Origin: Candidatus Latescibacterota bacterium
Lineage (GTDB): Bacteria; Krumholzibacteriota; Krumholzibacteriia; WVZY01; JAKEHA01
NCBI GenBank assembly: GCA_963707635.1
Contig: OY970173.1
Span: 992,001 to 1,056,000 of the forward strand
DNA length: 64,000 nucleotides
Direction of reading: 5' to 3'
The stretch's first letter is position 1, and each line of letters begins with the position of its first letter. A program made the position numbers and the translations under genes. Below, one piece after another: positions 9,284 through 19,052 of this stretch. The notes under the pieces were generated by a model that worked only from the letters and a program-made list of their open reading frames with translations, was not told the origin of the DNA and ran no database searches.

Positions 9284-10029
9284 CGATGGGCGGCTCCTCG
9301 AAGCTGGCCGTCGTCGCCGGCAGCGGCATGGGGGCGCTCGCCGACGAGGTGGCGGTGGATCGGCGCGTGCCGTTTTCCGACATCGACGGGGTCGGCGCCT
9401 GCACGGTGGCCGGCCACGCGGGGGAGGTTCGCGAGGGAACGCTCGACGGCCGGCCGTGTGTGTGGGTGCTGGGCAGGCGGCACGGCTATGAGGGGCAGGC
9501 GGCAGCCATGCTGAAGCTGGTGGACTGGCTGGCGTCCCGGGGCGTCACCCACCTGCTCGTAACCTCCGCGGCGGGAGCGCTCCGTCCATCGCTGTTGCCG
9601 GGGGAGGTCGTGATCGCCCGTGACGTGATCGACCGGCAGAACCGCCGGTTGGCCCCGCGTCCGGACCCGCCGGACACCCGTTTGGCGCTCGACCCGGGGC
9701 TGGTCGCCGCGCTGGAACGAGCCGCCACGCGGGCGGGGGTCGCGTGGCACCGGGGCACGCTGGTGTGCGGCAGCGGACCGGCCTACGAGACGGCCGCCGA
9801 GGTCCGTTACCTCCAGGAGAGCGCCGGGGACGTGGCCACCATGTCGGCCGCGCCCGAGATGATGGCCGCCAACCGGATCGGGCTCCCCGTGGCCGTCGCC
9901 GCCCTCGTGACCAACCCCGGCACCGGCATCGCCCCGGCGGCCCTGTCGCACTCGGAGGTGCTCGATGTGGGACGGAAGTCCGTCGGGCAGGTGGGGGCTG
10001 TTGTCAGGCAACTGCTTGCAGAATTGTAA
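9280..10029 (+). CDS. Purine nucleoside phosphorylase family protein (PunA/XapA/MTAP-like)
   Basis: GSG, V.GHAG, GRRH.YEG, TSAAG, GPAYETAAE, MS..PE, VTN motifs. Confidence 0.82.
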   Translation: MTMGGSSKLAVVAGSGMGALADEVAVDRRVPFSDIDGVGACTVAGHAGEVREGTLDGRPCVWVLGRRHGYEGQAAAMLKLVDWLASRGVTHLLVTSAAGALRPSLLPGEVVIARDVIDRQNRRLAPRPDPPDTRLALDPGLVAALERAATRAGVAWHRGTLVCGSGPAYETAAEVRYLQESAGDVATMSAAPEMMAANRIGLPVAVAALVTNPGTGIAPAALSHSEVLDVGRKSVGQVGAVVRQLLAEL

Positions 10030-10132
10030 CTTGAGTGGGAGCCGGCGCCTCGTGCCCGGAATGCTGTTGTGGCCCTCCGGTGGCACCGCTATAGTGGGAT
10101 CAATTCCCTGACGAAGGACGGTGCTCTCCGAA

Positions 10133-11035
10133 TTGTCGTGGTTCAAACGGGAAAAGAAGGGCGTCCAGCCCATCCAGAAGAAGCCCGTTCCGGACGGTCT
10201 CTGGAAGAAGTGCGACATCTGCGGAGAGATCCTCTACGTCAAGGAGCTCGAGAAACGTCTGTGGACGTGCTCGAAGTGCGGCTACCACTTCATGATCTCG
10301 ACCCAGCAGTACATCGAGATCCTCGCCGACCCGGGTTCCTTTCGTGAAACGCACACCGGCCTCGTCTCGGGCGACCCGCTCGAGTTCAAGGACCTCAAGC
10401 GCTACAAGGATCGTATTCGCGAGTACCGCGAGAAGACCGGCATGGAAGACGCGATGGTCACCGGCTTCGCCTCCATGGGCGGCCGCGACGTCGTGCTCGG
10501 CATCATGGACTTCTCGTACATGGGGGGCAGCATGGGGTCGGTGGTGGGCGAGAAGTTCGCGCGCGCCGCGGACGACGCCATCCTGCGCCGGCGCCCGTTC
10601 ATCGTGGTGTCGCGCTCCGGCGGCGCCCGCATGCAGGAGTCGATCTACTCGCTCATGCAGATGGCGAAGACGAGTGCGATGCTCGCGCGCCTCGACGAAG
10701 CCGGCCTCCCGTACATTTCGATCATGACCAACCCGACCACGGGGGGTGTGACCGCGAGCTACGCCAGCCTCGGCGACGTGATCATCGCCGAGCCCAAGGC
10801 GCTGATCGGGTTCGCGGGACCGCGCGTCATCCAGCAGACGATCCGGCAGGATCTCCCGGAAGGCTTTCAGCGCAGCGAGTTCCTGCTCGAGCACGGTATG
10901 ATCGACATGATCGTGCCGCGCGACGAGCTGCGCCGCGTGATCGAGGGGCTCCTGGACTTCATGAGCGCGAGAACTGCGGCGTCCGTCACGGAACAGGAAG
11001 TGAAGGATGACTCGGAGTCGCCGGCCGTTTCCTGA
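10133..11035 (+). CDS. accD: Acetyl-CoA carboxylase carboxyltransferase beta subunit
   Basis: C4 zinc finger (CDIC..CSKC), GGSMGSVVGEK, SGGARMQE, PTTGGV, FAGPRVI; start TTG 10133 (MSWF) or GTG 10121. Confidence 0.96.
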   Translation: MSWFKREKKGVQPIQKKPVPDGLWKKCDICGEILYVKELEKRLWTCSKCGYHFMISTQQYIEILADPGSFRETHTGLVSGDPLEFKDLKRYKDRIREYREKTGMEDAMVTGFASMGGRDVVLGIMDFSYMGGSMGSVVGEKFARAADDAILRRRPFIVVSRSGGARMQESIYSLMQMAKTSAMLARLDEAGLPYISIMTNPTTGGVTASYASLGDVIIAEPKALIGFAGPRVIQQTIRQDLPEGFQRSEFLLEHGMIDMIVPRDELRRVIEGLLDFMSARTAASVTEQEVKDDSESPAVS

Positions 11036-12374
11036 TCCCTCCTCCCCGCTTCCGCCCCACCTCACATTCGTCCTCGGTCTCTCGCCTTCTGCGATGACGC
11101 TGGGGCTTGCCAACATGCGCGCCCTCATGGACCGCCTCGGCCACCCGGAGCGGCGGTTCCGGTCGGCGCTGGTGGCCGGCACCAACGGCAAGGGGTCGGT
11201 CACCGCGATGCTCGCCTCGATATTGAGCCGTCACGGCGTGCGCACCGGCCGCTACATTTCGCCGCACGTGTTCAGCGTGGTGGAACGCATCGCGATCGAC
11301 GGGGAGTTCGTGAGCGTGGCGGAGATGGAGGCGGCCGCGGCCCGCGTCGTCCCGCTCTACGGCGAGATTCCGTTCAGCTACTTCGAAGCCCTGACCGCGA
11401 TCGCGTTCCTGGTGTTCGCGCAGCGCGGCGTCGAGGTCGCGGTGCTCGAGGTGGGCCTCGGCGGCCGTTTCGACGCCACCAACGTGGTCGAGCCGGAGGT
11501 CAGCATCGTGACCAGTATATCGCTGGACCACCGCCGCATCCTCGGCGATACCGAGGAGGAAATCCTGCGCGAGAAGCTGGGGGTGGCGCGCGCCGGGATC
11601 CCGCTCCTGGTCGGGGCGCTCTCGCCGGAGCTGCGCGCGGTCGTCGACGAACGCGCCGCGCGCGCCGGGTTCGACGTGTTCGGCCCAGTGGAACTCGGCA
11701 ATGCAACAGTCGAGGAAGAGTTCCTGGGCGGCATTCAGGTTCGCCTCCGCACGCCGCACGCCGACTACGGCACCGCGCGCGTCCGTTTCGGGGGGCGCCA
11801 CCAGGCGGTCAACGCGCTGCTCGCGGTCGGCGCCGCGGAGCGGCTGCTGCCCTCGCTCGAGCGGGCGGTGGAGGGGCTGGAGGCCGCCGCCATCGCGGGG
11901 CGGTTCGAGTGTCTGGAACGGGGCGGCCGCACCTTCGTCCTCGACGTCGCGCACAACGACGCCGCCCTCGTGGCCACCGCGGACCACCTGGCCCGGTTTC
12001 GCCCGCGCGAGGAATGCGCGCTCGTGTTCGGGCTGCTCAAGCGCAAGGAGCTTTTCGAGGCGCCGCGCCACCTGATGGAGGCGGCTTCCTGCCTGTGTCT
12101 GGTCGAGCCCGACGCCGAGCCCGGAAGCAACGACGCGGCGTTCCCCCCGCACGAGTTGTGGGCCCGATACTTCGCTCCGCTCTTGCCCAATGCGGCGACG
12201 GACGTCATGCTGTGGAACCGCACGGCCTCCGGCGACGATTCGCTCGCGCGTGTGAAGCGCTGGCTGGACGGCGACGGCCGCCGGTTCAAGGTCGTGCTGG
12301 CGACCGGATCCCATCGCGTGGTCGAGGGCTTCGGGGGACGGATTCTGGCGGATGCAGTCGGGAGCGCACGGTGA
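11007..12374 (+). CDS. folC: Folylpolyglutamate synthase/dihydrofolate synthase
   Basis: AGTNGKGS, YISPH, FEALTA, EVGLGGRFDATN, ISLDH, LDVAHN; accD-folC synteny. Confidence 0.92.
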   Translation: MTRSRRPFPDPSSPLPPHLTFVLGLSPSAMTLGLANMRALMDRLGHPERRFRSALVAGTNGKGSVTAMLASILSRHGVRTGRYISPHVFSVVERIAIDGEFVSVAEMEAAAARVVPLYGEIPFSYFEALTAIAFLVFAQRGVEVAVLEVGLGGRFDATNVVEPEVSIVTSISLDHRRILGDTEEEILREKLGVARAGIPLLVGALSPELRAVVDERAARAGFDVFGPVELGNATVEEEFLGGIQVRLRTPHADYGTARVRFGGRHQAVNALLAVGAAERLLPSLERAVEGLEAAAIAGRFECLERGGRTFVLDVAHNDAALVATADHLARFRPREECALVFGLLKRKELFEAPRHLMEAASCLCLVEPDAEPGSNDAAFPPHELWARYFAPLLPNAATDVMLWNRTASGDDSLARVKRWLDGDGRRFKVVLATGSHRVVEGFGGRILADAVGSAR

Positions 12375-13318
12375 GCCTCTATCTGGGCGTCGACATCGGC
12401 GGGACCAACGTCAAGATCGCGGCGGTGTCCGCCACCGGGCGCGTGCTCGCGCGCGGCGTGATCGATACCCGCGCCGGGGAGGGTCCGGCGCGCACGTTCC
12501 GCCGCATCCACGACGCGGCCCGCCACCTGGCGGGGAAGGGCCGGGTCGGCGGGGTCGGCATCGGGTGCGCCGGCCTGCTCGATGCGCGGACGAAGCGCCT
12601 CCACGCCTCGCCGAATCTCCCCGAGTGGGAGGGCGCCGCCCTGGAGCGAATCGCGCGGGTGCACTTCGGTGTACCAATCCTGGTCGAGAACGACGCGACC
12701 TGCGCCGCCTTCGGCGAATCGTTCGCGCGGGGGCGGAACGGGCGCGACCTGGTCATGATCACGCTCGGCACCGGGGTGGGCGGCGGCATCATCAGCGACG
12801 GGCGGGTGGTGCGGGGGACATCGGGATTCGCGGGCGAGGTCGGCCACATGGTCGTCGATCCGAAAGGGCCCCGCTGCCGCTGCGGCGCCCGCGGGTGCCT
12901 CGAGGCGTACGCCAGCGCGTACGGGATCGCGCGCACCGCACGCAACGCCCTGCGCCGGCGGGGGAAGAAACGGCTCGCCGGGGGCGGGCGACTGGACGCC
13001 CGCGCCGTGTTCGAAGCCGCCCGCCGCGGCGACCCGGCGGCGCGGGAGACGGTGCGCGTGACGGGCGAGCACCTGGGTACGGCGATTGCGTCGCTGCTGA
13101 ATTTGCTCAACCCGTCGATGGTGGTGATCGGGGGCGGAATCGCGGCGTCGTTCGCCGCGCTCTCGCCGCACGTGCGCCGGGCCGTGGAGCGCAGCGCGTT
13201 TGCCGCCACCGTACGCGCGGCGAGGATCGAGCCGTCGCGGCTGGGCAACGACGCGGCGGTGGTCGGCGCCGCGATGCTCGTGCGCGGCGCGCGACCGCGA
13301 AGGCGCCCCGCTGGTTGA
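12371..13318 (+). CDS. ROK family sugar kinase (glucokinase-like)
   Basis: GVDIGGT, ENDA, LGTGVGGG, GEVGH, CRCGARGCLE; GTGA overlap with folC. Confidence 0.9.
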   Translation: MSLYLGVDIGGTNVKIAAVSATGRVLARGVIDTRAGEGPARTFRRIHDAARHLAGKGRVGGVGIGCAGLLDARTKRLHASPNLPEWEGAALERIARVHFGVPILVENDATCAAFGESFARGRNGRDLVMITLGTGVGGGIISDGRVVRGTSGFAGEVGHMVVDPKGPRCRCGARGCLEAYASAYGIARTARNALRRRGKKRLAGGGRLDARAVFEAARRGDPAARETVRVTGEHLGTAIASLLNLLNPSMVVIGGGIAASFAALSPHVRRAVERSAFAATVRAARIEPSRLGNDAAVVGAAMLVRGARPRRRPAG

Positions 13319-13336
13319 TTCTGCCCCGCTGACGGC

Positions 13337-16300
13337 ATGCCCATGTCCTCACCGCGACACCGGCCCCAGCGATTCGCCGCCGCGCTCGCGGTCTACCTCG
13401 TGCTGGCGGCCGGCGCGGGGGCGCGCTTCGGCGCCGCCCAGACCGGACCGGCCGAGCCGCCCGCGCCGGACTACTACGACATCACCGGCGATTTCACCTC
13501 GCTGAAGAAGATCAACGGCGAAACCGTCCTCGAGCTCCTGCAGAACGTGCGCATCGTGCACGGCGACGTGACCGTCAACGCCGACCGGGCGGTATCGTTC
13601 ACCGAGCGGCGTCTCACCCAGCTCACCGGGCACGTGCGGGTGCAGCAGGGCACATTCGTAATGACGGGGGAGGAAGGCGAATACCGCCGCGACGAGGACC
13701 TGGCCGTGCTCGAGCGCCGCGTGCACATCGTCGACGAGGGCTGGACGGTGGACTGTGACGAAGTGCGCTATTCGCGGCGCACCGGCCAGGCGTGGCTCAT
13801 CGGCCACGTGGTGGGGCGCGATTCCACCTCGACGCTCCGCGCCGACCGCGTGCTGTACGAGCGCACCATCGGACGCGCGGAGGCGTTCGGTTCCGTCGAG
13901 CTTTCCAACCGCGAGGAGCGCGTGGTCGTGCGCGGGCGCCACGGCGTCTACCGGCGCGACCGCGGCGAGGGGTTGATCGACCGCGACCCGACACTCGTCT
14001 CCGGCCCCGACGACGACGAGCCGGTCACGGTGGTGAGCGACACGATGCGGGTGTACCCGGACAGCTCGCGCGCGATCGCGTACTACCGGGTCAAGATCAT
14101 CAAGGGCAACACCGTCACCCAGTGCGATTCCGCGATGCTCTACGACGACCAGAAGCGGGTCGAGCTCTACGGGCATCCGCTCGCCCGCCAGGACCGCACC
14201 ACCATGAAGGGCGAGCGCATGATCGCCCACTACGACGAGAAGGAGATCAACCGGATCGACATCCTCGGCGCCGCCGTCATCCGGGACGAGCGCCGCGACT
14301 CGCTGGTGGTCGGGCGCGACAACTGGGTCGCGGGCGACACGATTTCACTCTATCTGCACGACAACGGCCTCGACTCGCTGCACGTCGCGGGCCACGCGTC
14401 GAGCGAGTACTACCCGTCGACCCCGAACAAGGTGGAGAGCAACTTCATCAGCGGGAACCGCATGTTCTTCCGGCTGGGGCGCGACGAAATCGAATTCGTG
14501 GACGTGTCGGGCAAGGCGGGTGGGACGTACCGGTACCTGAACCTGGGCGCGAACCAGACCGCGGACAGCCTGCGCGCGGTCGGGGATTCCACGCTCGCGT
14601 ACGTCCCCTTCGCCGGCCGCGCCGAGCGCGTGGAGTATTCGGCGGAGCGCATCCAGTACCACGCGCGCACCAGGGACCTGGTGCTGGAGAAGTCGGCCCG
14701 GCTCACCTATCACGACAACGAGCTCACCGGCGACGCCATCACCTACCACTCCGCGCTGCAGATCCTCGACGCCACCGGGAGTCCGACGCTCACCGACGCC
14801 GGCCAGAAACTCTACGGGAAGCGCATGGACTACGACCTCGAATCGGAGACCGGGCTGGTCACCTCCGGCAGCACGCAGTACGAGCAGGGGTACTACCACG
14901 GCGAGAACATGGCGAAGGTGGGGGAGAACGAGCTCAAGGTCTGGAATTCCTGGTACTCGACCTGCGACCTCAAGGAACCGCACTACCACTTCGCGGCGCG
15001 CACCATGAAGGTCTACCCGGACGACAAGGTGTTCAGCGGCCCCATCTGGCTCCACATCGGCAAGACGCCGATTTTCGCGCTGCCTTTCATGGCCAACTCC
15101 ATCAGCCACGGGAGGAGATCGGGGGTGCTGCGTCCGGACTTCGAATTCGGGATCACGAGCGACCGCTCGCGCTTCATCCGTAACGTGGGTTACTACTGGG
15201 CCACCAACGATTACACCGACTTCACGTTCGTGGCCGACTTCAACGAGGACAAGTCCTGGCGGCTGCACATCACCAACCAGTATAAGCTCCGTTACTTGTT
15301 CGACGGCGCCGTCCAGTATTCCTATTTCCGCGACCTCACCGATCAATCCACCGAGTGGACCTTCGACGGCGTGCATCGCCAGACACTGGGCGAGAAGGCG
15401 TCGCTCAACGCGGGTTTGCGCTTCGTGTCGAGCGACGACGCCCCGCAGAGTGTCAACACCATCGACGACGTGAACCGCTATATCGACCGCTCGATCCGCT
15501 CCAACGTGAGCCTTCGCAAGAGCTGGGACACGGCGGGCTTCAGCGCGTCCGCCAGCCGCACCCAGAACCTGAACATCGTCGACCCCGACGCGATCAAGGT
15601 TCAGATGACGCTGCCGGACGTGACCCTCTCGATCCCGTCGCGTAACCTCTACTTCGGTTCGGACTCCAGCGCCCCCAAGGGGCTTTGGGAAAGCATTCTC
15701 AAGAACACACGCTATTCACCCGCTCTGTCGGGCAGCCGCCAGAACACCGAGAAGCTCTACGAGGATTCGGAGGCGATCAACGGCCGCGCGGGGCTCTCGC
15801 TCAGCAGTCCGCAGCGGATCAAGTTCGTGACCCTGGCGCCGGGGCTCAACACGAGCCTGGTCTCGTCGCGATACGACCTGCAGCGCCGGGCGTACGACCG
15901 GATCGTAACCTCGGGGGGAGTGCCCGACACCGTGCCCGTCGCCGCGCTGGACTCCACCTCGACCATCACCCAGTTCACCTGGAACGTCGGCGTGTCCGCA
16001 AATAGCAACTTCTACGGCACCTTCTACCCGCGCATCGGCCGCTTGCGCGGCATCCGCCACACGCTCACGCCGAGTGTGGCCTATTCGCTGACCCCGGCGC
16101 AGCACGGTCGGCCGCGCGCCCAGGGGGTCGGTCTCAACCTGCGCAACGCCTTCGACCTGAAGGTGCTGGATACGTCGAAGGCGGCGCGGGAGGACACCAC
16201 CGATACCGAGGGGGAGAAGGTCCGCAAGCTCTCGAGCGTCCTGTTCTGGAACCTCTCCGCCTCCTACCGGCCCGACCTCCCGCTCGACCAGGCGTGGAGC

Positions 16301-16927
16301 ACCGTCAACTCCGCGGTCAACTTCGTGCTGATGGGCATGAACGTGTCGATCAACCACGTGATCGACCCCTACACCTGGGACATCAACAGCACCAGCGCGA
16401 CCTCGAGCCTGCGCATCGGCGGAACCCACCCGTTCGGGAGGGCGTCGCACGTGGACACGCGCGAGCTCAACCAGGTCGCGGCGGCCGATACCTCCCACGC
16501 GAAGCGGAAAGACTTCGCCTCCGGCGGCGTCGAGTTCATCCAGACCGGAGACGTCGCGGCCGACCGGCCCGCGGGCGACATCCAGCTCGAGGAGGGGCGT
16601 CTCCCGTGGAGCATGTCGCTGGGGTTGAGCTACTCGAAGTCGTCGTCGGGGCAGTCCAGCTCCACCCTGCGCATGGGCTGGCAGGTCAAGCTGACGGACA
16701 ACTGGCATATTGACTATTCGACGATCTACGACGTCGAGTCGCGCGAGCAGTCGGGCCAGTACTTCAGCATCGGGCGCGACCTGCACTGCTGGGAGATGAG
16801 CTTTTCCCGCCAACTGCTTGGCGACGAGTGGCAGTACTACTTCCGCATCTCGCTCAAGGCCCATTCCGACCTCTACGGCGAATCGGGCAGCCGCGGCGTC
16901 GGGGGCGGTCTTATCGGTCAATTCTAG
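13337..16927 (+). CDS. lptD: LPS assembly protein: tandem OstA/LptA-like beta-jellyroll repeats fused to an LptD-like beta-barrel
   Basis: Signal peptide; repeated 'V.A/CD...Y......GHV' jellyroll units; YSTCD...PHY; C-terminal RDLHCWEMSF. Confidence 0.8.
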   Translation: MPMSSPRHRPQRFAAALAVYLVLAAGAGARFGAAQTGPAEPPAPDYYDITGDFTSLKKINGETVLELLQNVRIVHGDVTVNADRAVSFTERRLTQLTGHVRVQQGTFVMTGEEGEYRRDEDLAVLERRVHIVDEGWTVDCDEVRYSRRTGQAWLIGHVVGRDSTSTLRADRVLYERTIGRAEAFGSVELSNREERVVVRGRHGVYRRDRGEGLIDRDPTLVSGPDDDEPVTVVSDTMRVYPDSSRAIAYYRVKIIKGNTVTQCDSAMLYDDQKRVELYGHPLARQDRTTMKGERMIAHYDEKEINRIDILGAAVIRDERRDSLVVGRDNWVAGDTISLYLHDNGLDSLHVAGHASSEYYPSTPNKVESNFISGNRMFFRLGRDEIEFVDVSGKAGGTYRYLNLGANQTADSLRAVGDSTLAYVPFAGRAERVEYSAERIQYHARTRDLVLEKSARLTYHDNELTGDAITYHSALQILDATGSPTLTDAGQKLYGKRMDYDLESETGLVTSGSTQYEQGYYHGENMAKVGENELKVWNSWYSTCDLKEPHYHFAARTMKVYPDDKVFSGPIWLHIGKTPIFALPFMANSISHGRRSGVLRPDFEFGITSDRSRFIRNVGYYWATNDYTDFTFVADFNEDKSWRLHITNQYKLRYLFDGAVQYSYFRDLTDQSTEWTFDGVHRQTLGEKASLNAGLRFVSSDDAPQSVNTIDDVNRYIDRSIRSNVSLRKSWDTAGFSASASRTQNLNIVDPDAIKVQMTLPDVTLSIPSRNLYFGSDSSAPKGLWESILKNTRYSPALSGSRQNTEKLYEDSEAINGRAGLSLSSPQRIKFVTLAPGLNTSLVSSRYDLQRRAYDRIVTSGGVPDTVPVAALDSTSTITQFTWNVGVSANSNFYGTFYPRIGRLRGIRHTLTPSVAYSLTPAQHGRPRAQGVGLNLRNAFDLKVLDTSKAAREDTTDTEGEKVRKLSSVLFWNLSASYRPDLPLDQAWSTVNSAVNFVLMGMNVSINHVIDPYTWDINSTSATSSLRIGGTHPFGRASHVDTRELNQVAAADTSHAKRKDFASGGVEFIQTGDVAADRPAGDIQLEEGRLPWSMSLGLSYSKSSSGQSSSTLRMGWQVKLTDNWHIDYSTIYDVESREQSGQYFSIGRDLHCWEMSFSRQLLGDEWQYYFRISLKAHSDLYGESGSRGVGGGLIGQF

Positions 16928-17000
16928 GTCGGGGCGGGAGCGCCCCGGCGGATGTCCCCCGAAATCTCGCGTCGCCACGCCGAGAATGCTTGAATATGTA

Positions 17001-17030
17001 TTGACACGTTTTTTTTGAGGTCGATAAAGT
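17001..17030 (+). promoter_or_regulatory. Sigma70 promoter of hup
   Basis: Perfect TTGACA (17001-17006), 18 nt, TAAAGT (17025-17030); strong SD AAGGAGGTGA follows. Confidence 0.65.
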
Positions 17031-17058
17031 GCGCATGAGAGTGGGAAGGAGGTGAACA

Positions 17059-17352
17059 ATGAACAAGACTGAATTGATCGAGCGCATCGCGCAGAAGACC
17101 GGGCTCACGATGAAGGACGCCAAGAACGTCATCGACGTGATTTTCAGCACCCAGGCCAAGAGCGGCATCATCGCGGGCGAGCTCAAGTCGGGTCGCAAGG
17201 TACAGATCACCGGGTTCGGAACGTTCCAGGTCCGCAAGCGCAAGAAGCGGGAGGGACGGAATCCACAGACAGGTGCACCCATCGAGATTCCAGCGACCAA
17301 GTTCCCCGCGTTTTCCGCGGGCCGCGCCCTAAAGGACCGCGTCAAGGTGTAG
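17059..17352 (+). CDS. hup: DNA-binding protein HU
   Basis: MNKTELI, VQITGFGTF, GRNPQTG, P.FSAG..LK. Confidence 0.96.
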   Translation: MNKTELIERIAQKTGLTMKDAKNVIDVIFSTQAKSGIIAGELKSGRKVQITGFGTFQVRKRKKREGRNPQTGAPIEIPATKFPAFSAGRALKDRVKV

Positions 17353-17374
17353 TACCCTGGCGTGGCTCTGTCGT

Positions 17375-17414
17375 CGGCAGGCGAAGCGTGCACCGCTTCG
17401 CCTGTCGCTTTTTT
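17375..17414 (+). terminator. Rho-independent terminator after hup
   Basis: CGGCAGGCGAAGCG / TGCAC loop / CGCTTCGCCTGTCG then C-TTTTTT. Confidence 0.85.
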
Positions 17415-17645
17415 GTCCGCTATGCGGGTCCTGTCGGCCAACAGCCCACGGCGGGCTCGCCATTCGCGCCTCCGCACTCGGTGGCTCGCCCTTGTGGGCG
17501 CCCGTTGGCCGCCACCCGCGTCGTTCCGGATCGGCGCCACCCGCTCGTGCTGCAGGGAATTCCGGGTCCTGCCACCCGCTCCAGTACAACCGCGCGCCGG
17601 TCAACGCCTTGTGGCGTGGCGACGGCACGTGCTATATTCCTCGAC

Positions 17646-19052
17646 ATGCGTTTCCTCGTGGCAAGTTTGGCCGCGTGGTCGGTGCTCGTGTCGCCCGGCG
17701 CCGCCCAGGCGCCGCAGACCGCGCCCTTCGACGCGACCGTGCGCCTGGTGTACGAAAGCGACACGCGTGCGTACTACCGGCCCTGCGGCTGACACAACAA
17801 TGCCGCTGGCGGACTCGCCCGGCGGGCGGGTCTCTTGAAGACGTTGCGGGCGGAGTCGGCGCCGGTACTGGTGTGCACGGCGGGGGATTTCTACGGGACC
17901 GCCGACGTGTACAACGAGTCGAAGTCGCATTTCGTGGCGCGGATGCTGGGCGAACTCGGATACGACGCGATCGGCGTCGGCGAGATGGATCTGAATTTCG
18001 GGCTGGCCTCGCTGGTCGAAGACGCCCGCCTCTACCGCCTGCCGATCGTGTGCGCGAACCTCCAGGCCAAGAACGATTCCTTGCGCGTGCGCACGGGCGG
18101 GCCCGAGTCCACCGCCGCTGACCGATTGGGCAGCGCGTTCCCGCCGTACCGGATCGTGACCAAGGCGGGCGCGCGCTTCGGGTTCCTGGGGCTGCTGTCG
18201 CCGGCGACCAAGACGCACGCGCGGGAAGCGACGGTGGAGTCGCTGACGTACGTGCTGGGCGACCCGCTCGAGATCGCGAAGACGGCGGTGGCCGAGCTGC
18301 GGCCGCAGTGCGACGTGCTCGTCGTGCTGGGCCACATGGACGAGGAGGAGGCGCGCAAGCTGGCTGAAAAGGTCCCCGGGATCGACCTGGTAGTGCTGGG
18401 ACACGACCCGCAGGGGAAGTCGCTCGGAGAGTTGGTAACGGTAGGCGACACCCACCTGCTGCGCGCGACCGCGCAGGGGCAGTACATCGGCCAGCTGGAC
18501 ATGCGGCTGGGCGACGATCACCACATCGCCGAGGTGTGGAACCGGCTGCACGTGCTGCAGGCCTCGTACCCGGACGACCCCGACATGGCGAAGAAGCTGG
18601 ACCAGTTCGACGTGGACAACCGGATGATTCAGAAGGAGCTCTTCGCCAAGGAACAGATGAAGGCCAGCGCCGACGACCCCTTCGCCGCGCGCTATCTCGG
18701 GGTGGGTGCCTGCCAGTCGTGCCACCTCGAGCAGTTCAACGTGTACACCGGTACCCGCCACGCGCATGCCTACGCCACGCTGGCGTCAGAGTTCGTCCAG
18801 CGCGACACCAACTGCGTGGGCTGCCACGTGACCGGCTACGGCGACGCGGGGGGATTCCAGGGCGTGCGGATGCGTGGCTCGATGGTCGACCTGGTCGACG
18901 TTCAGTGCGAGGCGTGCCACGGCCCCGGGGCCGACCACGCGCGCGACGGCTCGTACCGCCAGAAGGCGCGGGAAAGCTGCGTGCGCTGCCACACCCCCAA
19001 CGACGACCCCGATTTCAATTTTGACGAAGACTGGCCCAAGATCGCCCACTAG
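17646..19052 (+). CDS. Secreted UshA-like selenoprotein (C-G-U, Sec49 at TGA 17790-17792) fused to a tetraheme c-type cytochrome domain, 468 aa
   Basis: ORFs 17388..17792 and 17835..19052 share a frame; read-through gives signal peptide-...YYRPCG-U-HNNAAGGLARRAG..AGDF; four CxxCH motifs (CQSCH, CVGCH, CEACH, CVRCH). Confidence 0.88.
17803..17825 (+). promoter_or_regulatory. Putative bacterial SECIS element
   Basis: CCGCU-GGCG/GACU/CGCC-(C)-GGCGG hairpin; G-initiated loop starts 19 nt after the UGA. Confidence 0.65.
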
